Assembly: GCA_001643675.2 (NCBI GenBank)
Contig: LSRY02000018.1
Span: forward strand, 372,001 to 436,000
Direction of reading: 5' to 3'
DNA from: Monocercomonoides exilis PA203
Taxonomy: Eukaryota > Protista > Preaxostyla
DNA: 64,000 bases
The translations under genes were made by a program, and so were the position numbers. The first letter of the stretch is position 1; every line of letters begins with the position of its first letter. Shown piece after piece: positions 45,804 through 56,300 of this stretch. The notes under the pieces were generated by a model. It was not told the origin of the DNA and did not search any database. It saw nothing but the letters and a program-made list of their open reading frames with translations.

Positions 45804-48800
45804 TAGATTGTGTATAAAATACCGGACATCGCAAAAAATACCGGACAACATTAACTATAAAGGGTTTGAGAATAATAATAACCCAATCAAACAAGCAGTG
45901 TCATAATTCATTATGCTAATAAAATAAAATTGTTTTTCCTATTATTTCAATAATATTTAGATATTGATCCCATTAAATCTTTATTGTTTTTTTTTTTTTT
46001 TTGCAATATATATTCGTGACAATTTTGCTTCAACTTTAATATATAAAAGGAGCTTTGCAAGGAAAAAATCATCGATTCACAAACAAATACGCACATACGA
46101 AAATTAAACTGTTTATTTTTTTTCTATTTGGAAAACGAAATTATGTCAAATAAAAAACAATAAACAATAATACTAAATACTATATATTTTAACAGGGAAA
46201 TGAATATCGACAAGTCTCTTCCTCATCACAGTAACATTAACCTTAAAATCATCAAAAATGATTTTTGAAAAATAACTTCAAAAGTTTTGAAACAAAAAAC
46301 AGGAATCAAAACGAAAATTTCTTTTCAATCAACGAAATCAATAAATCGAGTTCAATAACTCTAAGAAAAATGTCAAAAGCATTGAAAACACATGAAAATA
46401 TAACTAGATCAACAGTTTAAAACATCTATAAGAAAAAAGAAAATAAAACAAGAGTAAATGAGCAACCGTATTTGTCTGAATATGGTTTGCTTGAAAGAAC
46501 GATTCAAATATTGAATCCAAATATACTTATATTAATTGTGGAAAAGCCAAAGAGCATAAAATTATAAAGCATCCGGATTCACTAATAGAAACATTATTTG
46601 TAACAACGCAATCCATTAAACAAACCTTCAATTCATATATTTATTATTCACAATCGTTTTAACGTTAATTAAGTAATAAACGAAAATTTTCATGTATGTG
46701 ATATTTCAAGATCGTCATGCCATAAATCAAATTTCAAGAAATATAATAAAATATTTGTTTGATTTTTGTTTTCAAAATGATTTTTTCTGATTATTCAACG
46801 ATTCAGATTTTGAAAAATGTTAACAATTGTGTTGATAAATAATTGAAGAAAAGATAAATGGAGTTTTGAGCGACTAAATATGGACAATCCTCGATCAATT
46901 TTGAAAAACCAATAACAACTTGCCACTCAATCCGAAATCATATAATCATTCAACTCATTAGCTTCATTTTGAATTCTCCTTCACTCTCCACTATTTTCAC
47001 ATTTCCCTAGAGAAAAAAACTTCTGGATCACTGATTTCACATCTGAATTCATTACAGAGTCCAATTCAACAATCTTCATTAAATTTTTGATTAAGGCAAA
47101 TCATTTTGTTCAACACTTTCCTCCAACAACACTCATCACACAATTCTTCACGTGCAACTCGTAATTTTGCCTGTTTGAATCGACAACAAATTTGACAGAT
47201 CTGTTAAAACTGGAAGGAACAACAATCCCAATGAACTTCTTATATGAATGTGATGATGATTTCAGAACACATTCTTGAGAGCCACTCACCTCCCTTTGAC
47301 ATTCGATCTGCAAAATAACATCAGTTTTTGCCTTCAAACTAATCCCGCTCACATCTGCACATCCGGTAACAGTCGATTTTGTACATAGAATAATCTCCTG
47401 TTTTATATTCAGCGTTCTCTTCAAACGCTCCATTCCATAATTCACACTCAAACAAGGTGCCTTTTCCAACCCACAATACATCTCTTCCGCTCCAGATTTC
47501 CCATCCACAAACACCTTGTCAGAAAAGCATCCATCCAGAAATATGAACAAGTCCACATCCCAATCACAAAACATTTGCGTTCTATCATGTCCAACAATCG
47601 AATTATCTTTTTGAGTGATGCTTGTTATGAAGGCGAACATGGGCTCTTTCACAGAAGCTACAAATGATTCACACGCAAAATATACATCTCTTCCGACACT
47701 GACCTTGTTGGCTGAAAACACAATATTGGTGATGGCAAAGGAGGATTCTGACACTTCTGAATCATCCTTGTACTCGACCATGAGAGCATCGCCTCTTCCT
47801 CCAGAACTTGTATCCTCGCTCACAGAGCAGGTGGAGAAGGCTGTGTCACTCACTGAAAATGTGTTGGCAGGGGCAGATGATGCGAATGAGATACACCCGC
47901 CATTGGTAGCAGTCTGTTGGCTCAACTGTTCTGAGTTGATGCTGGTCATGGTGCAGTTGGCGAGGGAGAGGACAGGAGACGCGAATGGCAAGCTTTGGAC
48001 GAAATTAATTGAATAGTAGAATAGAAGAAAACAGAAGAAGAAATGATTTAAAAGAAGATAAAAATACTCAATCGCTATCAAGTTCAATTTTTTCTGTTAT
48101 TCAAAATTTATTTTCTATTTATGTTATTGTTTAAAAAAAAATGGATTTTTTTTTTCATGGAGCGAATTGTTATTTTTGGAATAATTCAAATGTTTGTTTT
48201 TGTCTTTTCAATGAATAGAATCAGATTTGACAAATTTTTGTTTATCACTACAAACAAATAGTTTTTATGATATTCACTTTTTGAACAAATAGGACATTAG
48301 ACTTTCACAAAGAATCGAGTTTATTTAGAAATTCTATTAAATGATAAAAAAAGATTGCAAAAAAAAATTTAAAAATATTAACAAGGTTGTTAGAATTTAA
48401 AAAGAATAAACCAATACGCGAAACATCTTTAAATCGATTTGAAAACATTCCCTTTTAAAGAATATTCTTTATTTTTTGTGAGTTTTTCAATTGGTTGTCA
48501 AATGCAATATTCACCTCATAGAAGAACAACCGCTCAACTTAATGAAACACCTTGCAAACTTCATTCGATTCAGATCTTTATTCAACAAGAAAACATAAAT
48601 AAATTCATGACCAAAAAAATTTTGCATTCGATGCGAAGAAGTCCCAGGTTTTCACAGAGGAGGCTCAGTCATATTTTTCACTTCCATATATGGTTGGGAA
48701 TATTCATGAAGCTGCAAACATAAAACATCATTAATCTTTTCTCGAGAAGCAAATTCATAACTGTTATTGTTGTTGTTTAACATCGGAATTGCTTCTTTTT

Positions 48801-49104
48801 GTTTGTTTTTATTGAAAATGTTGCTTCTGCAATAATTAACATTGCATGTTTGAGTTTTCAATTAGAACTCTTTTCTTCCACAAACAAATTTCATTGTTTT
48901 TTTGATAGCAATATTTTTTATCATCCCACAAAAAGAATATATTTCTAACTTCTTGAAATATTCTCAGAATGAATGTTAAATTTAACAAATTTATGATACA
49001 CAAAATAATAAAACTTAAATCACAGATTCGTGGAAATGATCATACCATTTTTAAGTTTTTTGTCCGGTATTATTTGCGATGTCCGGTATTTTTTGCACAA
49101 TCTA
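45804..49104. mobile_element. 3.3-kb TA-flanked non-autonomous TIR element carrying a host-gene fragment (Pack-type)
   Basis: ~45-bp TIRs TAGATTGTGTATAAAATACCGGACATCGCAAAAAATACCGGACAA / TTGTCCGGTATTATTTGCGATGTCCGGTATTTTTTGCACAATCTA, TA on both sides, absent from the 14.6-kb copy. Confidence 0.87.
47110..47975 (-). pseudogene. Internal fragment of a giant surface-protein family gene
   Basis: LSLANCTMTSINSEQLSQQTATNGGCISFASS is identical to the 34713-42749 protein; followed by GRG.../VGRDVY/CG...PCLSVNYG modules; no native start or TM/kinase part. Confidence 0.85.
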
Positions 49105-49838
49105 TAATAAATCTGTTTATTTTAATTATTGCTGAATATAATTGATGTTAAAAAAATTTTGATCAATACCAATCTTGAGGGAAAAAATAATTTGATTCAT
49201 TTAAAAATAAAAGTTTCCGCACATAAGAAAGACATAAGAACTTTACGAAACAGTTAACAATAACGTTATAATCATCCACACAAATTTTTACTAACGGTCG
49301 TATATTGTGCAATAACCAAACATCATACTCAGAGATATATTTGTTTCAGGTTGAAAGCAAATCTCTTTTAGATTCATCAAATAAAACATAATTTGAAATT
49401 TTATAATTCTTGAATTTCTTTTATTTTTTCTTTATAGACAATTGTTAATGCTTCTCGTCATATAAAAATTAAAAAATGATATATGTAATTTATTAATCTT
49501 TAAATTTTCTCAACTTTCATTCTCAGAAAATTACTATTGATTAAAATACTATGGGATGAAAGTGCTTTTTAGAAGTGAAATTTTCATGCTTGTTTAAATT
49601 TGCTTGTTATATTTAACAATGGAGTTAAGCAAAGCAATTAAAGATGTTTGAATTCCGTTTAAATTTCTTGAAATAATTTTGCTATTCTTTGGAAATGGCA
49701 TAATATATAAAATATGTATTTTTTTAGAAAGTTGGAATTTCATTTGTAAAAGAGAGCATTGACTCATCAAAAACTGATATAAGTAGCAAAGACGCCAGCC
49801 AGAAAAGCTGCACATTTTCAAATTCTTTTTGGATTGAT

Positions 49839-52800
49839 TTGAATTCTCATGTAACTGGGTCATCCTCCCCTTTTGAATTCAATAAAAGTGCTTTGTTCAA
49901 ACACCCTTCAACCAAATATTTCGAATATTCATTTGAGCGAAATATCAATAGAGCAACTAATTGCTGTCCAGTCGAAATGTGCGCAAGTGTTTCAACTGAT
50001 CCTTTTTCTGATGCTGAATCTTTTTCATTACACGAAAGCAATTCACAAGATAAAAAGAAAAATAAAAAAGGAAAGCATCTCAAAGGCAAAATTGCAGATG
50101 ATATTGCACGCGGAAATGAAAACTTATATGATCCATATTTTCTAACGTTATCAAATTGTTCTCCTTTGAATTCTGAAAAGAAGGATCAAGCATCAATCAA
50201 AAAGATTCAAAGCTTAACTGAAAATCCACTTATGCTCACGAAAGAAGATTTGAATGAAATAATTTTAAAACAAAACACATCACAAATATTAAAGGAATCA
50301 TCTTGCCTTGAAGATTTATCTGATCAAAAGTTAATAATTGAAGAAAGAGCAGCTGCCAAAAAGGAATCTACATGCTCGTCTTGTTTGTTGCCAGCAGTAC
50401 TTGCACCATCGGAAAACACAAATATTCCTCCGTCCCCACCTCTTTCTCCTTCTGCTCAATCATTCAATTCCTCATTCTCAACATCTTCTTTGTCAAGATC
50501 TTCTTCTTCTTCTATCTCTTCTCCTTCCTCCTCTTCCTCTTCCCCTTCTTCTCCTTCTTCTCCTTCAGCCATGCCAATGAGCCATCTTCTCACACAGGAC
50601 ATTTCACAGCAGCCAATGACGAGACGCAACTTTGGCTCGTTTGTGGCAACAGATCGCTTTGAATACAATGCGAAACAAGAATCGACTGCTTTGGGGGCAG
50701 AGAAGAAGAAGATGACAGAGAAATGGAGGAAAGAAAGCGAGGTTTTGGAGAAATGCAGGCAGAAGATGAATAAAAAGGGAGAAGTTTGCAGAAAAGTTAG
50801 GAGGGGAAGAGGGAGAAGACAAGAAGGAAAGAAAAGAGAAAGGAAAGAAAGAGAGAAGGAAGAAGAAAATAAAAATAAAGGAAAAGGAAAAGGAAAAGAA
50901 GAAGAAGGTGATGATGATGATGAGGAGGAGGAGGAGGGAGAGGGAGAGGATGATGAAAATGATTCAGAGCAACGTTCAGATAAAGAAGTCCAAAAGACTT
51001 TCAAACTGAGTTTTAAAACGATTCAAAGAAAGTGTGTTAAACAGCAAATAGCAGAAGCAAAGAAATTTCTGAAGAGGTTTGGCATTTGGGTGCGGAAGGA
51101 AGGGATCAAAGACGAAGAAGAAGCGAAGCTTTGGGAAGAGGCAGAAGATAAGATGGCGAGGAAGACAGTGGAAAGCAAAGGGAAAGGAAGGAAAGCGACG
51201 CTGGAGGAGTTGGAAGATAAGTTGAAGCAGGCAGAATTGCAGATGCAGACGAGGGGGGGTTGGAGAGAAGGAGAAGGAGGAGAAGGAGGAAGGGGAGAAG
51301 GAGAAGGAGAAGGAGAAAGAAGAGAAGGAGAAAGAGAAGGAGGAGCAGAAGAAAGAATCGAAATGTTGAAAGAAAAAATAGAGCGGAAAAGGAGCAAGAT
51401 GGAGGAGAGGGAGAGGATGAAGAAGATGAGGCAGAAGCAGCAAGTTGTGTGGCTGAAGGAGAAGGAAGCGCAAAAGGAACAGCAGAAGAGTGTTAGTGAA
51501 GGAAATGGGAAGTTTAATGAAGTTGATAAAGAGAAGGATGGAGGAGAAGAAGGAGAAGGAGAAGGAAGAAGAAGAAGAAGAAGAGAAAGAGGAGAAGAGA
51601 ACGTTTTGGATGAGTTGAAATCCTTAGACGAAGAGAAGATAGGACATTTGAGAACTTCTGGGAAAGGGTTATTGAATGAGAAGCAACAGAAAATGATAGA
51701 TGAATCTGTGATGATAGCTGCAGCAACAGCTGCGCTTTCAACATCTTCTTCTTCTTCTTCTTCTCCATTCTCTTCTTCTTCATTATTCCCGTTATCATCT
51801 TCATTATTCTCAACAATTTCATCTTCATCTCCATCTTCTTCCTCCTCCTTTTCCTCATCATCTTCCTCCTCCTCCTCTTCTTCTCTCTTCTGTCCTCAAC
51901 AACCCAACCAAATCCAGATCCAAAATCAACCACTCCAAATGAAAGCAAGCGATTTGCTGTTCTCTATTCAAGAGAAGAAGACAACTCAGAACACATTTCA
52001 TTCATTTCCAAAGCAATCAATCAAAAAAGGAGGAGAAGATGCAATTAGTACTAATTCTCTTATAACTGTTTCTCGTTCTTCATTTACTCGTCATTTTGAT
52101 GGAGAAAAAGCTAATTACAAATTCCAATTCCACAATAATGACGTTGATTTAGACAGCGATTCTAATTGTGTTTGCGTTTTGTCTTCCAAAAATGATAGAA
52201 ATTTGCAAGGAAACACACAATTTCAACAGGATTTCACACAAAAACAGCCAATTTCAATGGGAACACAAGGTAAATTTGTGAGTCTTTCACAAACAATGCA
52301 GAAAATACCACAAATATCACAAATGTCTCAATTATCACAAATAAAGCCATTCAATTCAACACAAACAAACTTCTCAGTGATAATCGACAAGGAAGAATTG
52401 CCATCTGTTCCGTTTTTCTACTGCAATGAGCAATCTGATGAGAAAGCATTCAGAAGGGGAAAGACTTCAATTATGAATGTGAATGTGAGTTTGAGTGCGA
52501 ATTCAAATGGACTGTTGGATAACGATTTGAGTCAAAATTCTCTTTCTTCTTCTTCTCTTTCTTCTTCTCTTTCTTCTTCCTCTACTGATTCCAACTCTCT
52601 TTCAACCCTCCAGCTGCAGTCAAACGCCCTCCTCTCTCCATTCGAGGTGCCCTTCAGCATTCAAATCAAAAGAAGATACAAATTTCTCCCAATGATTGTT
52701 CCACTGTGCTTTTATTTCTATCAAAACCCCAAATTTTTGCGGTTTTCACATAAAAATGCAAAAAACGAGTGTTTTTACTTGTTTTCTTCACATTCTGTGT

Positions 52801-52976
52801 ATTCAATCCGTTCTTCAGTCAAACCTGCTCGTTCATTGAAAACACACAGAAAGAAGTATATTGAATATATGTGGCCGTATCATCGCTATGGAAGATATAT
52901 TTGGAATGAGTGCCAGTTCACCCTCATTTTGCCATCGCGGCCGTACCCTTGGGTGTTTGATAGATACGAATGTTGA
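49839..52976 (+). CDS. Hypothetical low-complexity coiled-coil protein; true start uncertain
   Basis: 1045-aa open frame with S-rich and E/K/R-rich tracts and an aromatic-rich C-terminus (WPYHRYGRYIWNEC...PYPWVFDRYEC). Confidence 0.65.
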   Translation: MNSHVTGSSSPFEFNKSALFKHPSTKYFEYSFERNINRATNCCPVEMCASVSTDPFSDAESFSLHESNSQDKKKNKKGKHLKGKIADDIARGNENLYDPYFLTLSNCSPLNSEKKDQASIKKIQSLTENPLMLTKEDLNEIILKQNTSQILKESSCLEDLSDQKLIIEERAAAKKESTCSSCLLPAVLAPSENTNIPPSPPLSPSAQSFNSSFSTSSLSRSSSSSISSPSSSSSSPSSPSSPSAMPMSHLLTQDISQQPMTRRNFGSFVATDRFEYNAKQESTALGAEKKKMTEKWRKESEVLEKCRQKMNKKGEVCRKVRRGRGRRQEGKKRERKEREKEEENKNKGKGKGKEEEGDDDDEEEEEGEGEDDENDSEQRSDKEVQKTFKLSFKTIQRKCVKQQIAEAKKFLKRFGIWVRKEGIKDEEEAKLWEEAEDKMARKTVESKGKGRKATLEELEDKLKQAELQMQTRGGWREGEGGEGGRGEGEGEGERREGEREGGAEERIEMLKEKIERKRSKMEERERMKKMRQKQQVVWLKEKEAQKEQQKSVSEGNGKFNEVDKEKDGGEEGEGEGRRRRRRERGEENVLDELKSLDEEKIGHLRTSGKGLLNEKQQKMIDESVMIAAATAALSTSSSSSSSPFSSSSLFPLSSSLFSTISSSSPSSSSSFSSSSSSSSSSSLFCPQQPNQIQIQNQPLQMKASDLLFSIQEKKTTQNTFHSFPKQSIKKGGEDAISTNSLITVSRSSFTRHFDGEKANYKFQFHNNDVDLDSDSNCVCVLSSKNDRNLQGNTQFQQDFTQKQPISMGTQGKFVSLSQTMQKIPQISQMSQLSQIKPFNSTQTNFSVIIDKEELPSVPFFYCNEQSDEKAFRRGKTSIMNVNVSLSANSNGLLDNDLSQNSLSSSSLSSSLSSSSTDSNSLSTLQLQSNALLSPFEVPFSIQIKRRYKFLPMIVPLCFYFYQNPKFLRFSHKNAKNECFYLFSSHSVYSIRSSVKPARSLKTHRKKYIEYMWPYHRYGRYIWNECQFTLILPSRPYPWVFDRYEC

Positions 52977-53386
52977 GGGTATATTGTTCTTGCTCTTGTT
53001 ATTATTCTTGTTCTTGTTCTTGTTCTTGTTTTTATTCTTGTTTTTATTTTATTTTATTTTATTTTTTTGAAATTTTAATCTTTTTTTGATTTTGTGCATA
53101 TTTTTAACATTTTTGAGAATGAGAAAGGAAGAGAAAGGAATATGCGGAATTCTTATTAACGATTATTCTTTAATTTTTTCATCTTGTTTTTTTGGTTTTC
53201 AATTTTTAAAATTATTCAAAAAAATAAATTCCAACATTTAAATTTGATGACAAATTTCAAATTTTCGAAATTTAAAGAAACGAAAGAAACGAAAAAAGAA
53301 AATGAAATAAATAAATAAATAGCAAATAAATAGCAAATAAAGAAAGAAATAAATAAATCCGTGAAAAAACAAATAAATCCGTAACA

Positions 53387-56300
53387 TTACAGCAACAAGA
53401 AAGAGAAAACCATAAACAACGAAAAAGGCAAAACCAACAAAAGAGAAAATGGAGAAACAAAGAAAGAAATCACAAAAATTGACAACTGAACAACGAAAAC
53501 CGAATAACAACCGAAAGAAAATGAAGAAATAGGCACGCCAACAAAAGAAAGAGCAAATTCACTCAAAAACAATGAGAATAGCAAAATAACACTCAAAAAG
53601 GCGAAAAATTCAATGAAAAATGCGTTTTCATACAAAGAACGAAGGTAAACAGAGAGAAATGAAATCAAACAAACAAGAAGAAGAGATAAAATAACAACAA
53701 AAGAAGGAAGATGATTTCGAAATGCGAAGCCAGGAAAACTAGAAAAGTGCATAATTTTATTGTTTTTGTGGGGTTTTTGAGAAAAAATTCGATTTTTGCT
53801 TTTTGTTGCTTCGCTTTCATTGTTTTCTCTATTCAAATTCATTTGTTTCATTCTATCTCCATTTGCATCTAAATCATTCTTCTTCTTCTCTTTCTTTTCC
53901 ATCTCCTTCTCCACTTTTCCCCTCTTCTCCTTCGTTTTCTTCTTCATTTCACAATCATCATCATCACCATCATCATTCTTCTCCACTCCTTCATCCATCT
54001 TCTCCAAAGCCATGTTTTCATTTCCACAAGTATCATTTTCCCTATCATTCAGTTCTCCATTGATATTTCTATTGTTTTTTTCACTGTATTTTCCATTGAT
54101 TTTTCTATCATCAAAATTTCTATTGAAATTTTCATTGCATTTTTCATTGCATTTTCTATTGTCATCTTCACTTGAATGAACAAAAGGAGGCGAATAAACA
54201 GAATGTGGAGAAAAACCAAGCTGAGGGGAGAAGACAGGAATACGATGGGAGTTGTCAACAAGTACGAAAGAAGAGGAAGAAGAAGAGGAAGAGGAGGAAG
54301 ATGGATAAATGGTTGAAGGAGAAAGAGAAGAAGAAGAAGAAGAAGAATTAAAAGGCAAAGTTGATTGATATGCCGATTGAATAGATTCATTATCACCGCT
54401 TTTGACATCTGCAACAGCAGAAACCGGAGAAACAGGAGAAACCGGAGAAATCGGAGAAATCGGAGAAATAGAAGCAACCGGAGAAATAGGAAGAAAAGAA
54501 CTAACTGGGCTGGGAGAAGGAAGCGGAGGAGGAGAAGAAAGAGGAGGAGAAGGGGTATAAACAGGAGTTGTTGGCAAGATGAGAAAAGGATGAGGAACAA
54601 AAGAATGTGGTTTGGAATCAATAATGTTTGAATTACTGTTGTTATTATTGCTGATTATGCAATGGAACTTAACATCTTCAGGATTTGAAGAATTAGAAGA
54701 ACAAGGATGATTAGCATTAGAAGCATTATTGTTATTGCTATTATTATTATTATTATCTTCAACGATTACAAAGGGATCGTTATATTCCTTGTGGAAGAAA
54801 GGAGAAGAAGGAACGGGTTGTGAAAGAGAAGAGGGATTTGGAGAAAGAAGAGAAGAAGGATGAGAAGAAAGTGAAGAAGGAGAAGAAATAGAAGGAGAAG
54901 GAGAAGAAGGAAGAGGAGGAGGAGGATAAATGGAAGAAGGAGATAAGGAAGGAGTTGAAGAAGAAGGATAAATGGCTGAAGAAGAGGAAGAGGAAAAAGA
55001 AGAAGAAGAAAGAGAAGAGGAAGAAGGTGATAAAGACTGTATTGTTGATTTGAATTGAGTCAAAACTAAATCTGTTGAAGGATCAGAAGAAGAGAAAGGA
55101 AAATATGAAGAAGAAGAAGAAGGAGGAGGAGGAGGAGAAAAAGAAGAATTTGAAGAATTATTGTTATTATTATTATAAGCAGCAGCAGCAGAAGAAGAAG
55201 AAGAATTCACAGAAGAAGAAGAAGGAAGTGGAGAAGCCCAAAAAAAGGAAGGAGAAAAAGAAGGAGAAGAAGAAAAGACACGAGAAGGAAGATTTGAATG
55301 AAGAAAGGGAAAATTTGAAGGAGGAGAAGAATTTAAAGAAGAAGAAGAAGGAAGAGGAGAAGGAGGAGGAAGAGCAACATCATTGGAATTGAGTGGAGAA
55401 GACGAGGGAGAAGGAGAAAGAGAAGAGGAAGAGGAAGAAGAAAGAGAAGAGGAAGAAGAGGAAGAGGAAGAAGAGGAAGAGGAAGAAGAGGAAGAGGAAG
55501 AAGAGGAAGAGGAAGAAGAGGAAGAGGAAGAAGAAGAAGAAAGAGAGGAATAAGAAAATGGACCATTAATTGGATTAGGAGTAAAACAAACAATATCTCC
55601 ATTACTCAACATTTTATTTCCTCTTTCTCTTTCTCTTTCTCTTTCTCTTTCCTTTCTTCCATTGAATTTACTGAAGATAGAATATTCCTTTGTTTTATTA
55701 TTCTTGTTGTTTTTAAGGTTTTTAAGGTTTTTTATGAATTTATTGTATAAATAGGATATTTTGAATATATCGAATTTGCTATATCTGATATATCCTTTAT
55801 TTGCATATTCTTCATTATTCTTATTGTTTTCATTATTTTCATTATTTTCATTGATTTCATTACTTCTTCCTCTATTTCTCTCTCTTTCCATTTCTCTTCC
55901 TTCTCTTCTTTCTCTTCTTTCTCTTCTTTCTCTTCCTTCTCTTTCTCTTTCTCTTTCTCTTTCTCTTTCTCTTTCTCTTTCTCTTTCTCTTTCTCTTCCT
56001 TCTCTTTCTCTTCCTTCTCTTTCTCTTCCTTCTCTTTCTCTTCCTTCTCTTTCTCTTCCTTCTCTTTCTCTTCCTTCTCTTTCTCTTCCTTCTCTTTCTC
56101 TTCCTTCTCTTTCTCTTCCTTCTCTTTCTCTTCCTTCTCTTTCTCTTCCTTCTCTTTCTCTTCCTTCTCTTTCTCTTCCTTCTCTTTCTCTTCCTTCTCT
56201 TTCTCTTCCTCCTTCTCTTCCTCCTTCCAAATACGGTAAAGGAGAAGCTAAAGGCGGCAAAAGATTCAATTTCCTTAATTCCTCTTCTTCTCTTTCTCTT

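Larger units (their letters stand above)
45146..49317. mobile_element. Family B element copy 2 (opposite orientation) with two nested insertions
   Basis: TIR GGTAAATGCACAAGATACGACC / GGTCGTATATTGTGCAATAACC, perfect TSD AAACATCA; 4172 bp minus the two insertions and their TSDs (259+3303) = 610 bp. Confidence 0.9.

Noticed and set aside
47976-48087. Hydrophobic leader of the 325-aa ORF as a real signal peptide
   Set aside because: It starts at TTG in AT-rich sequence upstream of the homology breakpoint; a chance extension unless transcripts show otherwise.
55986-56210. CRISPR-like array
   Set aside because: Pure tandem repeat with no spacers, in a eukaryotic coding context.
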